Assembly (NCBI GenBank): GCA_964348155.1
Contig: CAYGBN010000001.1
Location: forward strand, 10,699 to 74,698
Direction: 5' to 3'
Origin: an uncultured Methanomassiliicoccales archaeon
GTDB taxonomy: Archaea > Thermoplasmatota > Thermoplasmata > RBG-16-68-12 > JAJISG01
Length of the DNA: 64,000 nucleotides
The translations under genes and the position numbers were made by a program. The notes under the pieces were generated by a model. That model worked only from the letters and a program-made list of their open reading frames with translations, did not search any database and was not told the DNA's origin. This document shows, piece by piece, positions 28,899 through 38,085 of this stretch; the first letter of the stretch is position 1, and each line of letters opens with the position of its first letter.

Positions 28899-31889
28899 CT
28901 ACCGCTTCGTGATGCGCTCGCGGATCCTCGCGCCGTACCGACGTCGGAGGAAGATGGCCACGGGAATGCCGGCGATGATGCCCACGATGGCGGCGATGGT
29001 GAGGGGGGTCTTCCAGCCCGCCTGGCGGACATCCACCTGCGCCTGCACGCTGTTCTCCCCGGGCGATTGGAAGATGGGCGGCTCCCGCTCGTCCGTGACG
29101 TTTACGCGAACGGTGTAGTTGCCCTGAGAGGGCGTCTGCCAGCGGAACTCGATCGTCATCTTCTCGCCGGGAGCGAGGTCGCTCGTGGCCCGAGGATTGC
29201 CGTCCTCATCGAAGAACTGAGGCTGAATGGCGATGGGGGGGCCCTCCTCGCCACCGAAGGGGAAGGCCCAGAACCTCACCGTCACGTTCTCGGCCGTTGC
29301 CCGGTCCTCCTTGTTCGAGACGTTCAGGCGAATGGTGGCAAAGACGGCGCCGAAGAAGGTGGATTCCTGCGGGCTTCGCGGGTCGATGCGGAGGCTGTTG
29401 GCCTCGATGCGCAGGTCGGGACGGCTGGGGGCGTCCACCTCCACCACGATCTCCCGGGTGGCGTTGCCCTCGTTGCCCGCCTGGTCCGTCACGTTTAGGG
29501 TGACGGTGAGGGTCCCGAAGTCCTCGTACACATGGGTGACGTTCACGCCCGAGGCCGTCTCCCCGTCCCCGAAGTCCCACTCGAAGGTGAGGTTGTCCAG
29601 GACATCGAAGTTGTCCGTCGTGGCCGAGCCGTCGAAGACGTAGCGCGTCCCCTCGACGATGTTCAGGGCCTCCTCGAAGTCCTCGGTGAGGATCACGAAG
29701 GAGACGTCCGGCGGGTCGACGTCCGCCACCACCACCCACATCGTGGCGTTGACGCTCTCGTGGCCGGCCTCGTCCACGACCGTCAGGTTCACCGTGAAGT
29801 TCCCGGGGTCGTCGAAGGTCCACTCCACATCCTTCCCCGTGGCGTCCATGAGGCCGTCCCCGTCGAGGTCCCATCGGTAGTCCCGGATGGTGCCCCTGAG
29901 GACCTCGTGGACCTCGTCGGTGGAGTTGCCGCCGAGGAAGCGAACGAGGGCCCCTTCGTCGACGCTGATCTCCGTCCCGTTCGCGTTGGTACCCAGGCCC
30001 GTAACGTTGTTCTCGATGATGGCTACGGGCAGCAGGCCGTCCACGAGCACGGTGAAGTTCGCGGACGTCATGTTCCCGCCCGTCTCCACGATGGTGAGGT
30101 CGCCGGTGTAGTTGCCCATCTCCGTAAAGTTGACGTCCGGGGTGATCCCCCAGACCGTAAGGGTCACGGCCTTGCTGTCGTTCGTGAACGTCCAGGTGAA
30201 GTTGGAGTCGGGGTTGACGCGTCCGTCAGGGCTGTTGGGATCCGTGGACTCCTCCGCGCTGAAGGTGACGTTCACCTCCGTCGGGACGATAACGGTGTAG
30301 TTCTCCGCGGTGACGTTCAGCTCCGTAAACCTCCCCGCGGGTCCGATGACCAGGGGCCGCGCCGTGCCGTTGACCGAGGGTTCCACCACCATCCGGACGT
30401 CGAAGCTCCCCGCCGCCACCAGCGGGTCCACCTCCACCCGCACATAGTGGCGCAGCTCCACGTCGCCGGTGACCTCCTCGCTCACGCGCTCGTATCCGGC
30501 CACGATCTCCACGATGTACGTGCGGTTCACCCGCACCGTGTCGTTCGTGTCGTGGCCCGCCGTGATGTTGACGAGGTAGCGATCCTGCTTCGCCGGGATG
30601 GCGGCGCCGATGACCGAGTGGTTCGCCCATGTGGCCACGGTGGCGACGCCCTCCGCCAGCGGGAGGTCCACAGTCACGTTGAAGTCCGTGGTGCCGTTGA
30701 CGAGGACCGACCGGTAGGCCTTGCTGCTCGTCGTGAAGAGGCCCTGCGTGTCCACGTGCTTCGGTCCGCCGTCGAGGAGCCAATCGCGAAGGGCGTCCAC
30801 CTCCCCGGACTGCAGCACCCCGTCCCCGTCTCCCAACGCCAGGTCGATCTGCAGCCGGAGGTCCCGCACGAAGGCAAAGGGCAGGCCAGGGAGCGTGCTG
30901 TCCTCGTTCAGCGTCAGGTTTCTCCAGACCGTCAAGGTGTTCCAGTCCCCCGCGACGTAATGGAAGGTGGTCTGGACGCGCTCGTCCGGGGACGCTCCCA
31001 GGTCGCGGTCGATGCGCTTCTCACCGGGGGTCATTCCCGCGTGGACGAAGAGGGGGCCAGTCACGTTGGCGGCGGTCCCGTTGGCGTCCACGATGACGGT
31101 GAAGTTGCCGGGGTACGCGTAGAAGGTGTAGGAACTCCCCGCCACGTTGGCCGTGAGAAGCCGCTTCGCCTCGGGCGTGGGGCCGTCCAGGTTGTACAGG
31201 TAGGCCACGAGCCCCTCCTCGATAAACCCGCCCTCCGTGTCCCGGGCGAGGCCCACGAGCTTGATCCCGGGATAAAGGGTGACGGTGGTCGGCGTGTCCC
31301 CGCTGACGACGACCTGGGACACGCTCTTGTTGAAGCCATCCTTCTCCACCCGAACTTCGAAGGTGTCGTCCCAGACCGAGAAGGTGGCGTTTCCCGTGGC
31401 GTTCGTCGTGGCGTTCGCCAGTACCTGATCGTGGGCCGGGTCAAAGACCTCCACGGACGCGCCGACCACAGGGGAACCGCCGGCGTCCTCCACGTGGACG
31501 ATGAGGTCGGAGACGGCCGCAGGCATCTCCTCCATTTCGATGTCCCGGATGAGGTTCTTCGTCCCGTCGAAGCGGAAGGTCGTGGTCTGGTTGTCGAAGT
31601 ACCCGTCCTTGCTGACGGTGACGTAGTAGAAGCCCGCGCTGGGGGAGAAGACGTACTTCCCGTCGGACCCCGTGGCGGTCACGAGGGGGGCCTTCTGCCC
31701 GTGCGGGTCGACGAGGGTGACGGTGACGCCGTTGAGAAGGGTGAAGGGCTCCGTCTCTTTGGTCACCAAGCCCTGGACGGTCTTGGGCTGTGCCGCCGCG
31801 GGGAGGGCGGCGAGAAGGCCCAAGCCACCAAGGAGCAGGACGAAGATGGTGAGCATCGTCGCTGCCTTGAGTTTCGTGTTCCTGTTCAT
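28899..31889 (-). CDS. large secreted cell-surface (S-layer-like) glycoprotein with PKD domains and C-terminal membrane anchor
   Basis: A signal peptide (MNRNTKLKAATMLTIFVLLLGGLGLLAALPAAAQ) is present. There are carboxypeptidase-regulatory-like beta-sandwich repeats. PKD motifs are present (WDFGDGETASGVNVTHVYEDFGTLTVTLNVTDQAGN; YRWDLDGDGL...). There are more than 40 N-x-S/T sequons. A C-terminal TM helix is followed by RRRYGARIRERITKR. Confidence 0.75.
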   Translation of the reverse strand: MNRNTKLKAATMLTIFVLLLGGLGLLAALPAAAQPKTVQGLVTKETEPFTLLNGVTVTLVDPHGQKAPLVTATGSDGKYVFSPSAGFYYVTVSKDGYFDNQTTTFRFDGTKNLIRDIEMEEMPAAVSDLIVHVEDAGGSPVVGASVEVFDPAHDQVLANATTNATGNATFSVWDDTFEVRVEKDGFNKSVSQVVVSGDTPTTVTLYPGIKLVGLARDTEGGFIEEGLVAYLYNLDGPTPEAKRLLTANVAGSSYTFYAYPGNFTVIVDANGTAANVTGPLFVHAGMTPGEKRIDRDLGASPDERVQTTFHYVAGDWNTLTVWRNLTLNEDSTLPGLPFAFVRDLRLQIDLALGDGDGVLQSGEVDALRDWLLDGGPKHVDTQGLFTTSSKAYRSVLVNGTTDFNVTVDLPLAEGVATVATWANHSVIGAAIPAKQDRYLVNITAGHDTNDTVRVNRTYIVEIVAGYERVSEEVTGDVELRHYVRVEVDPLVAAGSFDVRMVVEPSVNGTARPLVIGPAGRFTELNVTAENYTVIVPTEVNVTFSAEESTDPNSPDGRVNPDSNFTWTFTNDSKAVTLTVWGITPDVNFTEMGNYTGDLTIVETGGNMTSANFTVLVDGLLPVAIIENNVTGLGTNANGTEISVDEGALVRFLGGNSTDEVHEVLRGTIRDYRWDLDGDGLMDATGKDVEWTFDDPGNFTVNLTVVDEAGHESVNATMWVVVADVDPPDVSFVILTEDFEEALNIVEGTRYVFDGSATTDNFDVLDNLTFEWDFGDGETASGVNVTHVYEDFGTLTVTLNVTDQAGNEGNATREIVVEVDAPSRPDLRIEANSLRIDPRSPQESTFFGAVFATIRLNVSNKEDRATAENVTVRFWAFPFGGEEGPPIAIQPQFFDEDGNPRATSDLAPGEKMTIEFRWQTPSQGNYTVRVNVTDEREPPIFQSPGENSVQAQVDVRQAGWKTPLTIAAIVGIIAGIPVAIFLRRRYGARIRERITKR

Positions 31890-31975
31890 CGGCTTTCCTC
31901 CGATCACCCTGCTTGCTCGTGGCACGCGCCAATTGGATGGGCCAGTCTGGATTGGCCGCGTGTACCCGATGGGGC

Positions 31976-31982
31976 TATATAA
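31976..31982 (-). promoter_or_regulatory. TATA box (TTATATAG on minus strand) upstream of surface glycoprotein gene
   Basis: GGGGCTATATAACC sits 50-90 nt upstream of the candidate starts. Confidence 0.35.
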
Positions 31983-32103
31983 CCTTTAGGAGACGGCTCT
32001 GGAGGTGCCCCCAAATCCGAGAGACCTGCCCGTGAATGACCCGCCGCTGGCGGCCCGCGCAGCAAAGGATGACAGGGCGCGCCGGTTGCCCGCCCCACGC
32101 GCC

Positions 32104-32469
32104 CTACGGGCTGGCCCGGGCCCAGATGTCGTCGGGGAGCGACTCGTAGACCATGTCCTCCCGACGATCCTCCTTTCGGCGGGTCGCCCGGTCGATGGCT
32201 TCCTCGTCAAGCTCCCAGTAGAAGCTCCTCCAGGCGCGGCCGCTGGGGAGGATGACCGTCTCCCAGAAGGTGTTGAGGAGCCCCGCGTCGTGGAGCTCGT
32301 AGAAGAACTTCCGATCCTCCTGGTAGATGACGTTGTCAATGATGACGGTGGCGTAGCCGAAGTAGTTCATGACGGCGAGGGCCGCTTCGCTCGCCTCCTC
32401 CGACGTGAGGTCCAATGCGTTCTCCAGGGCTTCCTGGACCTTCTCCACCTTGAGCACCATTGCGACCAA
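32104..32469 (-). CDS. conserved hypothetical protein
   Basis: The 121-aa translation, MVAMVLKVEKVQEALENALDLTSEEASEAALAVMNYFGYATVIIDNVIYQEDRKFFYELHDAGLL..., looks like a protein. A promoter island lies immediately upstream. Confidence 0.5.
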   Translation of the reverse strand: MVAMVLKVEKVQEALENALDLTSEEASEAALAVMNYFGYATVIIDNVIYQEDRKFFYELHDAGLLNTFWETVILPSGRAWRSFYWELDEEAIDRATRRKEDRREDMVYESLPDDIWARASP

Positions 32470-32480
32470 TGGTCCCCCCT

Positions 32481-32517
32481 ACTCCTATTTATCTGTTTTC
32501 CCTACTATAAATATATT
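32481..32517. promoter_or_regulatory. AT-rich promoter island with two TATA elements (TATTTATC; CTATAAATATATT)
   Basis: This is the most AT-rich stretch in the window. It lies 15-45 nt upstream of the minus-strand gene start at 32469. Confidence 0.45.
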
Positions 32518-32597
32518 TCGTTTTACTTTCCGTGACACCCGCGCACCCCCGGCGCGCGGCGCCCCCTCTTTTCAAGGGTGATTTTCGCGCTCGACCC

Positions 32598-32605
32598 TTT
32601 AAATA
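32598..32605 (+). promoter_or_regulatory. TATA box TTTAAATA
   Basis: Its centre lies about 31 nt upstream of ATG 32635. Confidence 0.4.
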
Positions 32606-32634
32606 GGCCTCGGGGCGAAGGGAGCGTGCCCTCC

Positions 32635-32793
32635 ATGAAGCGGAAGAGCGAACGCACCATGGTGGACGTCAAGAAGGGCGTCACGGTGGTGCACTTGAAC
32701 GTGGACTCCGGCTACCTCACGTACATCGAGGACGACAAGGAGGCGCCCACCAAGGTCAGGAACGTCGTCCTGGCCCGCAGGAAGAAGGAGTGA
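32635..32793 (+). CDS. small basic protein (52 aa), unknown function
   Basis: MKRKSERTMVDVKKGVTVVHLNVDSGYLTYIEDDKEAPTKVRNVVLARRKKE, with a well-placed TATA upstream. Confidence 0.4.
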   Translation: MKRKSERTMVDVKKGVTVVHLNVDSGYLTYIEDDKEAPTKVRNVVLARRKKE

Positions 32794-32800
32794 GGGCCGC

Positions 32801-33985
32801 TTATCGGAGCGCCCCGGCCCGCCGCAACCTCTCGATGGCTTCGTCGTCATGGCCCAGCTCCCGCAGGATCGCGGGGCCGTGCTCGCCCCGCAGAGGAGGC
32901 GGCACGCGGAGCGGCAGGTCGCCGGAGGCAAACCGGAAGGGAGGGGCGAGGAGTCGGAGGCGACCGCGGGGGTGGTCAGCCTCCCTGACCATCTGGCGGT
33001 GCGCGATCTGGGGGTCCGCAATGGCCTGAGCGACGGTGTTCACGGGGGCGCTGGGCACACCCTCCTCCTCCAGGGCCTCCATCCACGCCGCGGTGCCTCT
33101 CCGGCGGAACGCGTCGCCAAGGAGGTCCTCCAGCCTCTCGCGGTTCTGCACCCGCGCCTCGTTGTCCCGAAATTCCTGCCGGTCCAGCAAGTCCTCCCGC
33201 CCGAGGACGCGGCAGAGGCGCCGCCAAAACCGCTCGTTGGCGGCGGCCACCACCACGTGGCCGTCCGCCGTGGGGAAGGCCTGGTAGGGCATGATCTGGG
33301 GGTGGCGGGATCCCATCCGCTCCGGGGAATCCCCCGTCAGGAAGAAATGCTGGGCCATGTAGGTCAACCAGAAGATCTGCCCGTCCAGGATGGACACGTC
33401 GACGTAGTCCCCCTCTCCCGTCGCGGCGCGCCGCCAGAGGGCCGCCAGGACGGCGATGGCCGCGTGGAGGCCGGCACCCAGGTCTGCCGTGGCCACGCCA
33501 ATGCGTACGGGCGGGCGCCCCTCTTCCCCCGTGATTCCCATGAAGCCGCCCAGCGCCTGGAGGATGATGTCAAAGGAGGGCTTCTCCCGGTAGGGCCCGT
33601 CCTGGCCGTAGCCCGAGATGGAGCAGTACACCACGTCCTCCCGGATGGCGCGGACCGCGTCGTAGTCGATTCCCAGCCGCTGGGCCACGCCGGGCCGGAA
33701 GTTCTCTAGGAACACGTCGCTCTCTTTCGCGAGCTCATAGAGAACCTCCCTGCCCTCCGTCCGCGACAGGTCGAGGGAGATGCTCCGCTTGTTGCGGTTG
33801 ACGCTCAGGTAGTAGCCGCTCTCGCCGTCCAAGAACGGGGGTCCCCACGTGCGGGTGAGGTCCCCCTCGGGGGGCTCCACCTTGATGACGTCCGCTCCCA
33901 GGTCTCCCAGGATCATGGAGCAGAAGGGGCCCGCCAGGACTCGCGAGACGTCCAAGACGCGGAGGCCATCCAGGGGTCCACTCAT
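32801..33985 (-). CDS. family III CoA-transferase (CaiB/BaiF; formyl-CoA transferase / alpha-methylacyl-CoA racemase type)
   Basis: LRVLDVSRVLAGPFCSMILGDLGADVIKVEPPEG is the hallmark N-terminus of family III CoA transferases. Length is 394 aa. Confidence 0.8.
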   Translation of the reverse strand: MSGPLDGLRVLDVSRVLAGPFCSMILGDLGADVIKVEPPEGDLTRTWGPPFLDGESGYYLSVNRNKRSISLDLSRTEGREVLYELAKESDVFLENFRPGVAQRLGIDYDAVRAIREDVVYCSISGYGQDGPYREKPSFDIILQALGGFMGITGEEGRPPVRIGVATADLGAGLHAAIAVLAALWRRAATGEGDYVDVSILDGQIFWLTYMAQHFFLTGDSPERMGSRHPQIMPYQAFPTADGHVVVAAANERFWRRLCRVLGREDLLDRQEFRDNEARVQNRERLEDLLGDAFRRRGTAAWMEALEEEGVPSAPVNTVAQAIADPQIAHRQMVREADHPRGRLRLLAPPFRFASGDLPLRVPPPLRGEHGPAILRELGHDDEAIERLRRAGALR

Positions 33986-34002
33986 GCGAGGGCGAAGGGG
34001 AC

Positions 34003-34713
34003 GTGCCGGTAATAAACTCCCTGGGGAGGGTTCAAGCCCCTCGGGGACGTTCCGCCTCCGTGCCTTCCCGATACTTCCAGAAGGCCGTGGACATGCTCCA
34101 GCACGACTCCCTCCTTCTCGCCGCGGATCCCACGCTGCCCAGCGTCACGAGCCTCGTGGCGGGAGAGCCTGTACGGGGCTCCTGGTGGAGTCACCCACGT
34201 TCCCGGGCGATGTGGGCCGTCATGGAGGCGCTGGAGGATCACGAAGACGTGGCCGTGGCCAAGCTCGTTTCCGGGAAGGTAACCTACGTCCACCGCCCCC
34301 TCTGGCCCGCCCTGGTCGCCGCGGGGGCGTCGGAGGAGGCGTGGCAGACGCGACCCCTCTCCCCCCGGGGGCGCCGCCTCTGGGCCCTGGTGAAGGGAGC
34401 GCACGCCCTCTGCACGGACGAGGCGGAGTTTCGTGGGCCTCAGGGGAAGGCGCTGAGGGACGCCGTTCGGGAACTGGAGGCCGCCCTCTTGGTGCACGGC
34501 GAGGAGATCCACACAGCCGGGGGTGCCCATGCAAAGCGGCTGCAGACGTGGCGAAGGTGGGGGGAGGGGCTCGGGCTTTCCGAGCGCATGGAGCCGCCCC
34601 ACGCGAGGCGGACGCTGGAGAGGGCTCTCGCACGTCTCAACGAGCGTTTCGGCGGGAGCGGATGGCTCCCCTGGCAACGGGGCTCCCTCTCCCCCGAAGG
34701 CGCCGGGCCCTGA
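34003..34713 (+). CDS. hypothetical protein
   Basis: The plus frame is more protein-like than the overlapping minus-strand ORFs, which are Pro/Arg-rich. No motif was recognised. The start is uncertain and may be at MLQHDSLLL. Confidence 0.35.
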   Translation: MPVINSLGRVQAPRGRSASVPSRYFQKAVDMLQHDSLLLAADPTLPSVTSLVAGEPVRGSWWSHPRSRAMWAVMEALEDHEDVAVAKLVSGKVTYVHRPLWPALVAAGASEEAWQTRPLSPRGRRLWALVKGAHALCTDEAEFRGPQGKALRDAVRELEAALLVHGEEIHTAGGAHAKRLQTWRRWGEGLGLSERMEPPHARRTLERALARLNERFGGSGWLPWQRGSLSPEGAGP

Positions 34714-34718
34714 CCTGT

Positions 34719-35213
34719 CTAGACCTTCTTGATGAGGCGGATGTCCTCGAGCAGCGCGCTCAGGTCGTCCTCGTGCTCGATCTCGTCCTCCAAGATCTCC
34801 CGGACCATGTGGAACGTCACGGGGTCCTTGCCTTGAACGCTGTCCAGGAGGTCCTTATAGTAGTCGATGGCGCACCGCTCTCCCTGCACGTTCTGCTCCA
34901 GGACGGCCGTCACCAGGGGGTCGGTGGGCGCCTCGTATCCGCAATGGGACGCCTTCAGCCACTCCTGGGGATCCAACAGCGGCGTGCCGTCCAGCTGGAG
35001 GATGCGGCCGGCGATCATCTCGGCGTGCCGCAGCTCATCGGCCGCGTGCTCCGCCAGCTCCGCGGCCACGGCCTCGCGCATGGGCCCCCGCACCACGCGG
35101 GCGGCCACCCAGTACTGGTAGTACGCGAGCCACTCGTCGGCGAGGGCCGTATTCAGCCGTTTCACCAGCTCTCCGACGTCCACGCCCACGATTTCGATGC
35201 CTCTCTTACCCAT
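34719..35213 (-). CDS. ferritin-like diiron protein (bacterioferritin/DPS-like)
   Basis: Diiron ligand pattern: ADEW..YYQYW, ELRHAEMIAGRI (ExxH), ERCAIDYY and EDEIEHEDDL (ExxH). I chose the start at MGKRGIEI. Confidence 0.7.
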   Translation of the reverse strand: MGKRGIEIVGVDVGELVKRLNTALADEWLAYYQYWVAARVVRGPMREAVAAELAEHAADELRHAEMIAGRILQLDGTPLLDPQEWLKASHCGYEAPTDPLVTAVLEQNVQGERCAIDYYKDLLDSVQGKDPVTFHMVREILEDEIEHEDDLSALLEDIRLIKKV

Positions 35214-35358
35214 GGATACTCCCTTCCCCAGCCACAGCGGACCGTGCATGCCAGCCTCTCCGCTTTAACCCTTCCCTATTTACTTTTCGAGGAGGGTCCA
35301 GGCGGAAGAACGTTTATATGGTGAGCCTCCCTCCCCGACGCGCAGGAGGAGGGGAGGC

Positions 35359-35718
35359 GTGCGGAGTCCTGGGGCTTCCCCAGCCAGGTCGAGACCCGTC
35401 AGCGGAAGGCCGGCGGGCCCGTGGGGCCGAGCCCTGATTCTTGTGGCGGTGGTGGGCGCCTTGGTCTCGTCGCTGCCAGTGGCGGGTGCCCACGACATCT
35501 CCTCGGCCGAGGCGGAGGGCCAGCTTGGCCTCGGCGTCGAGTCGGAGCCCACGACGCGGACCACGCCCGAACGATCAGCCCCGCCGTCGCATGGTCTGTG
35601 GAGCGCATTCGGCGCCTACCTTGCAGGCTACGTCGCCGCTGTGCTCTATCTCGCCGCCTTCGTGCGGGTCTTCCGGGCAGCGCCCGGGCGCCGAAGCAAG
35701 GACGACAGGGGCCGTTGA
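35359..35718 (+). CDS. possible small membrane protein
   Basis: Two hydrophobic helices are present (ALILVAVVGALVSSLPVAGA; FGAYLAGYVAAVLYLAAFVRVF). The GC-rich context makes a spurious ORF possible. Confidence 0.25.
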   Translation: MRSPGASPARSRPVSGRPAGPWGRALILVAVVGALVSSLPVAGAHDISSAEAEGQLGLGVESEPTTRTTPERSAPPSHGLWSAFGAYLAGYVAAVLYLAAFVRVFRAAPGRRSKDDRGR

Positions 35719-35803
35719 AGCGACCCAGGACGGCCGCCCTGGCCGCGAGGAGTTGCCGACGAACCCGTTTTATTGCCGACGCGAGATGCGGACCGGTGAT
35801 CCC

Positions 35804-37336
35804 ATGCGACGGGCACAATGGATTCCCCCCCTCGTCATCCTCCTGTGGCTGGCCCTCGTCCCGGCCCCTCTGGCCTCGGCCCAAAGCCTGATGGAGGTTT
35901 TCGACGTCGATGAGTACGCCAAGGCGCTGCCGGCAGGGGGCGAGGTGACCTACGAGTGGCTGGTGTACAACCGAAACCCCTCCGATTTGATCGTCACGAC
36001 CCGTGTGGAGCCGGACGCGGGCCCGGAGTGGGACGCCCAGGTCGAGCCGCGGTACGCTGTCCTCGGCCCGGGTGAGGGCTTGACGGTGATCCTCTTGCTG
36101 ACGGCCACGGAGTCCCTAGAGGAGGGGGCCGTCACCCTGTCGATGGACGTGGAGGCCATCTCTGCAGAGGACCCCTTGGTGCGCGAGACGGCGACCCGAA
36201 CGGCCACGGCGGACCTGGTGCCGGCCGTCACCGCCCTCGCCCGGGAGAACAAGATCCTCAACCTCTTCGACAACCCCCTCCCTCCTCCCCTCAACTCTCG
36301 CCTGGTGACGTTCCTGATTAGCATTGCCATCTGGGCGGCCATCGCCATCCTGGCCCTCGTCGTGGTCTCCCCCTTCCTTCGTCGCTACGGCGAACGGACG
36401 GAATCGGGGCTTGACGACGTCGTCCTGGGCATCGTCCGCGGTCCGCTGGTGCTCTTGATCATTGCCTACGGCGTGGTGCAGTCCACGGCAATTCTGGACC
36501 CTCCGGCGGCGGTGGTGAACCTTCTCTTCCTGGCCTACAACATTGTTCTCATCCTGGTTCTGACCTGGCTGGCCTACCGGATCTTCCGAGGGGTTCTCAT
36601 CGCCTACGGCAAGCAGTGGGCCAAGAAGCGGAAGACGCCGATCTTCGACGTCATCTGGCCCCTGGCGAGTCGATTGGGGGCCATCCTCATTGTCGTGGTA
36701 GGCGCCTCGGCCTTGGCCGGCCTCTTCGGCCTGAACCTCACGGCCTTCATCGCGGGCATGGGCGTCCTGGGCATCGCCATCGCCTTCGCCGCCCAGGAGA
36801 GCCTCTCCAACTTCTTCAGCGGGGTGTTCCTCATGCTGGATCGCCCCTTCAAGAAGGGAGACCTGGTGGAGATCGACGGCGACCGTTGCCGGATCGAACG
36901 GATCGGACTGCGGTCCACCACCCTGTACCATCGCCCCTCCCACAAGCTCCTCGTCATTCCCAACAACAAGCTGGCCCGGGAGATGATCGTGAACATGGTG
37001 GAGCCCGACGCGGCCATCCGCCAGAGTACCTCCATCGGCGTGGCCTACGGCTCTGACATCGAGCGGGTGAAGGAGGTCATCGCCTCTGCAGCACGCGACC
37101 ATCCTGGCGTCATCGGCGACGAGCCCCGGCGGGAGCCCTATGCCCGGCTGGAGGAGTTCGGCGACTCCGCCATGGTCTTCAAGATGAAGTTCTGGGTGAA
37201 GGACGCGGACCAGCTGAACCGGGTGCGGGGCGAGGTGAACGAGAGCATCATACGCCGACTGGAGGAGGCGGGCATCGAGGTTCCCTTCCCGATCCGGACC
37301 CTGCGGTTCACGCAGTCCTTGCGGGACCTGACGTAG
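35804..37336 (+). CDS. MscS-family mechanosensitive channel with N-terminal extracytoplasmic domain
   Basis: The start is MRRAQWIPPLVILLWLALVPAPLASAQ (signal peptide). The MscS core reads GMGVLGIAIAFAAQESLSNFFSGVFLMLDRPFKKGDLVEI. The upstream 121 codons of the track ORF are spurious. Confidence 0.8.
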   Translation: MRRAQWIPPLVILLWLALVPAPLASAQSLMEVFDVDEYAKALPAGGEVTYEWLVYNRNPSDLIVTTRVEPDAGPEWDAQVEPRYAVLGPGEGLTVILLLTATESLEEGAVTLSMDVEAISAEDPLVRETATRTATADLVPAVTALARENKILNLFDNPLPPPLNSRLVTFLISIAIWAAIAILALVVVSPFLRRYGERTESGLDDVVLGIVRGPLVLLIIAYGVVQSTAILDPPAAVVNLLFLAYNIVLILVLTWLAYRIFRGVLIAYGKQWAKKRKTPIFDVIWPLASRLGAILIVVVGASALAGLFGLNLTAFIAGMGVLGIAIAFAAQESLSNFFSGVFLMLDRPFKKGDLVEIDGDRCRIERIGLRSTTLYHRPSHKLLVIPNNKLAREMIVNMVEPDAAIRQSTSIGVAYGSDIERVKEVIASAARDHPGVIGDEPRREPYARLEEFGDSAMVFKMKFWVKDADQLNRVRGEVNESIIRRLEEAGIEVPFPIRTLRFTQSLRDLT

Positions 37337-37431
37337 GAGCCTCGCGAAGGGAGCCTCCGAGGACCACCCCCGCTCTGATAACGGCGCCGTTGCCTCTTTA
37401 AGACCTTCGCGCCATCCTGCCTTCGAGGCCC

Positions 37432-38073
37432 ATGCCCGACGCCCCCGGTTTCGGCCGCCGCTACATTCGGATCTCCATGCTCGTGCTCTCGGCCGTCGTG
37501 GGGGCCGTCTTGGTCCTTCACGTCTTCACGATCTCCGACCTTCCCCTCCTCCCCGACGTGACCTTCGACAACACCTCGTTGGCCCTCCTGGCCCTTCTGG
37601 TCTTCCTGTGGCTCCTCCCGCTGGTCCGGTCCATCACCCTTCCCGGAGGGACCCGCATCGACCTGCGGGACACGTGGCCGGCGTCGGCCGCGGTGCGCCG
37701 GATCCCTCCCATGGAGCGACCCAAGGAGGTGGTGGGGGAGCCGAAGAAAACGTGGCGCCTCCTCCTGCCCGGTGACGCGAAGATGGGCCTGGCAGGTCTC
37801 CGCATGGCCATCGAGGAGAAGGTCCGGGAGCTCACGGCGCGGTCGAAGTTCCCCGAGGCGACGCTGGCGGAGAACCTCTTCCAAATCTCCCGTCGCCTGC
37901 GCTCGACGGGCACCCTCACCGCCGATGAGGAGAACGCGATCCTCTCCGTGGCGCAGGTCTGCAGCCACGCGCTGGACGCGTCGGAGGTGCCCTTCGAGGT
38001 GGCCGTCACCATCGCGGATCTGGGGGACACGGTCCTGCAGATGCTGGAGGAGAAGCTGGAGGTCCCCGAGTAG
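37432..38073 (+). CDS. hypothetical membrane protein (two N-terminal TM helices + soluble domain)
   Basis: LVLSAVVGAVLVLHVF and LALLALLVFLWLLPLV are hydrophobic segments. The rest is a hydrophilic domain with no recognised motif. Confidence 0.5.
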   Translation: MPDAPGFGRRYIRISMLVLSAVVGAVLVLHVFTISDLPLLPDVTFDNTSLALLALLVFLWLLPLVRSITLPGGTRIDLRDTWPASAAVRRIPPMERPKEVVGEPKKTWRLLLPGDAKMGLAGLRMAIEEKVRELTARSKFPEATLAENLFQISRRLRSTGTLTADEENAILSVAQVCSHALDASEVPFEVAVTIADLGDTVLQMLEEKLEVPE

Positions 38074-38085
38074 CCGGGGCCGAGG

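Noticed and set aside
28449-31982. Long plus-strand ORFs (349 aa, 816 aa) inside the surface-glycoprotein locus
   Set aside because: They are antisense to a gene with a clear signal peptide, PKD motifs and a TM anchor. Their translations are Arg/Gly/Val-rich junk.
34018-34047. tRNA-like T-arm (GAGGG-TTCAAGC-CCCTC)
   Set aside because: No complementary acceptor stem, D-arm or anticodon arm could be built about 48 nt upstream. The segment lies in the N-terminal codons of a plus-strand ORF.
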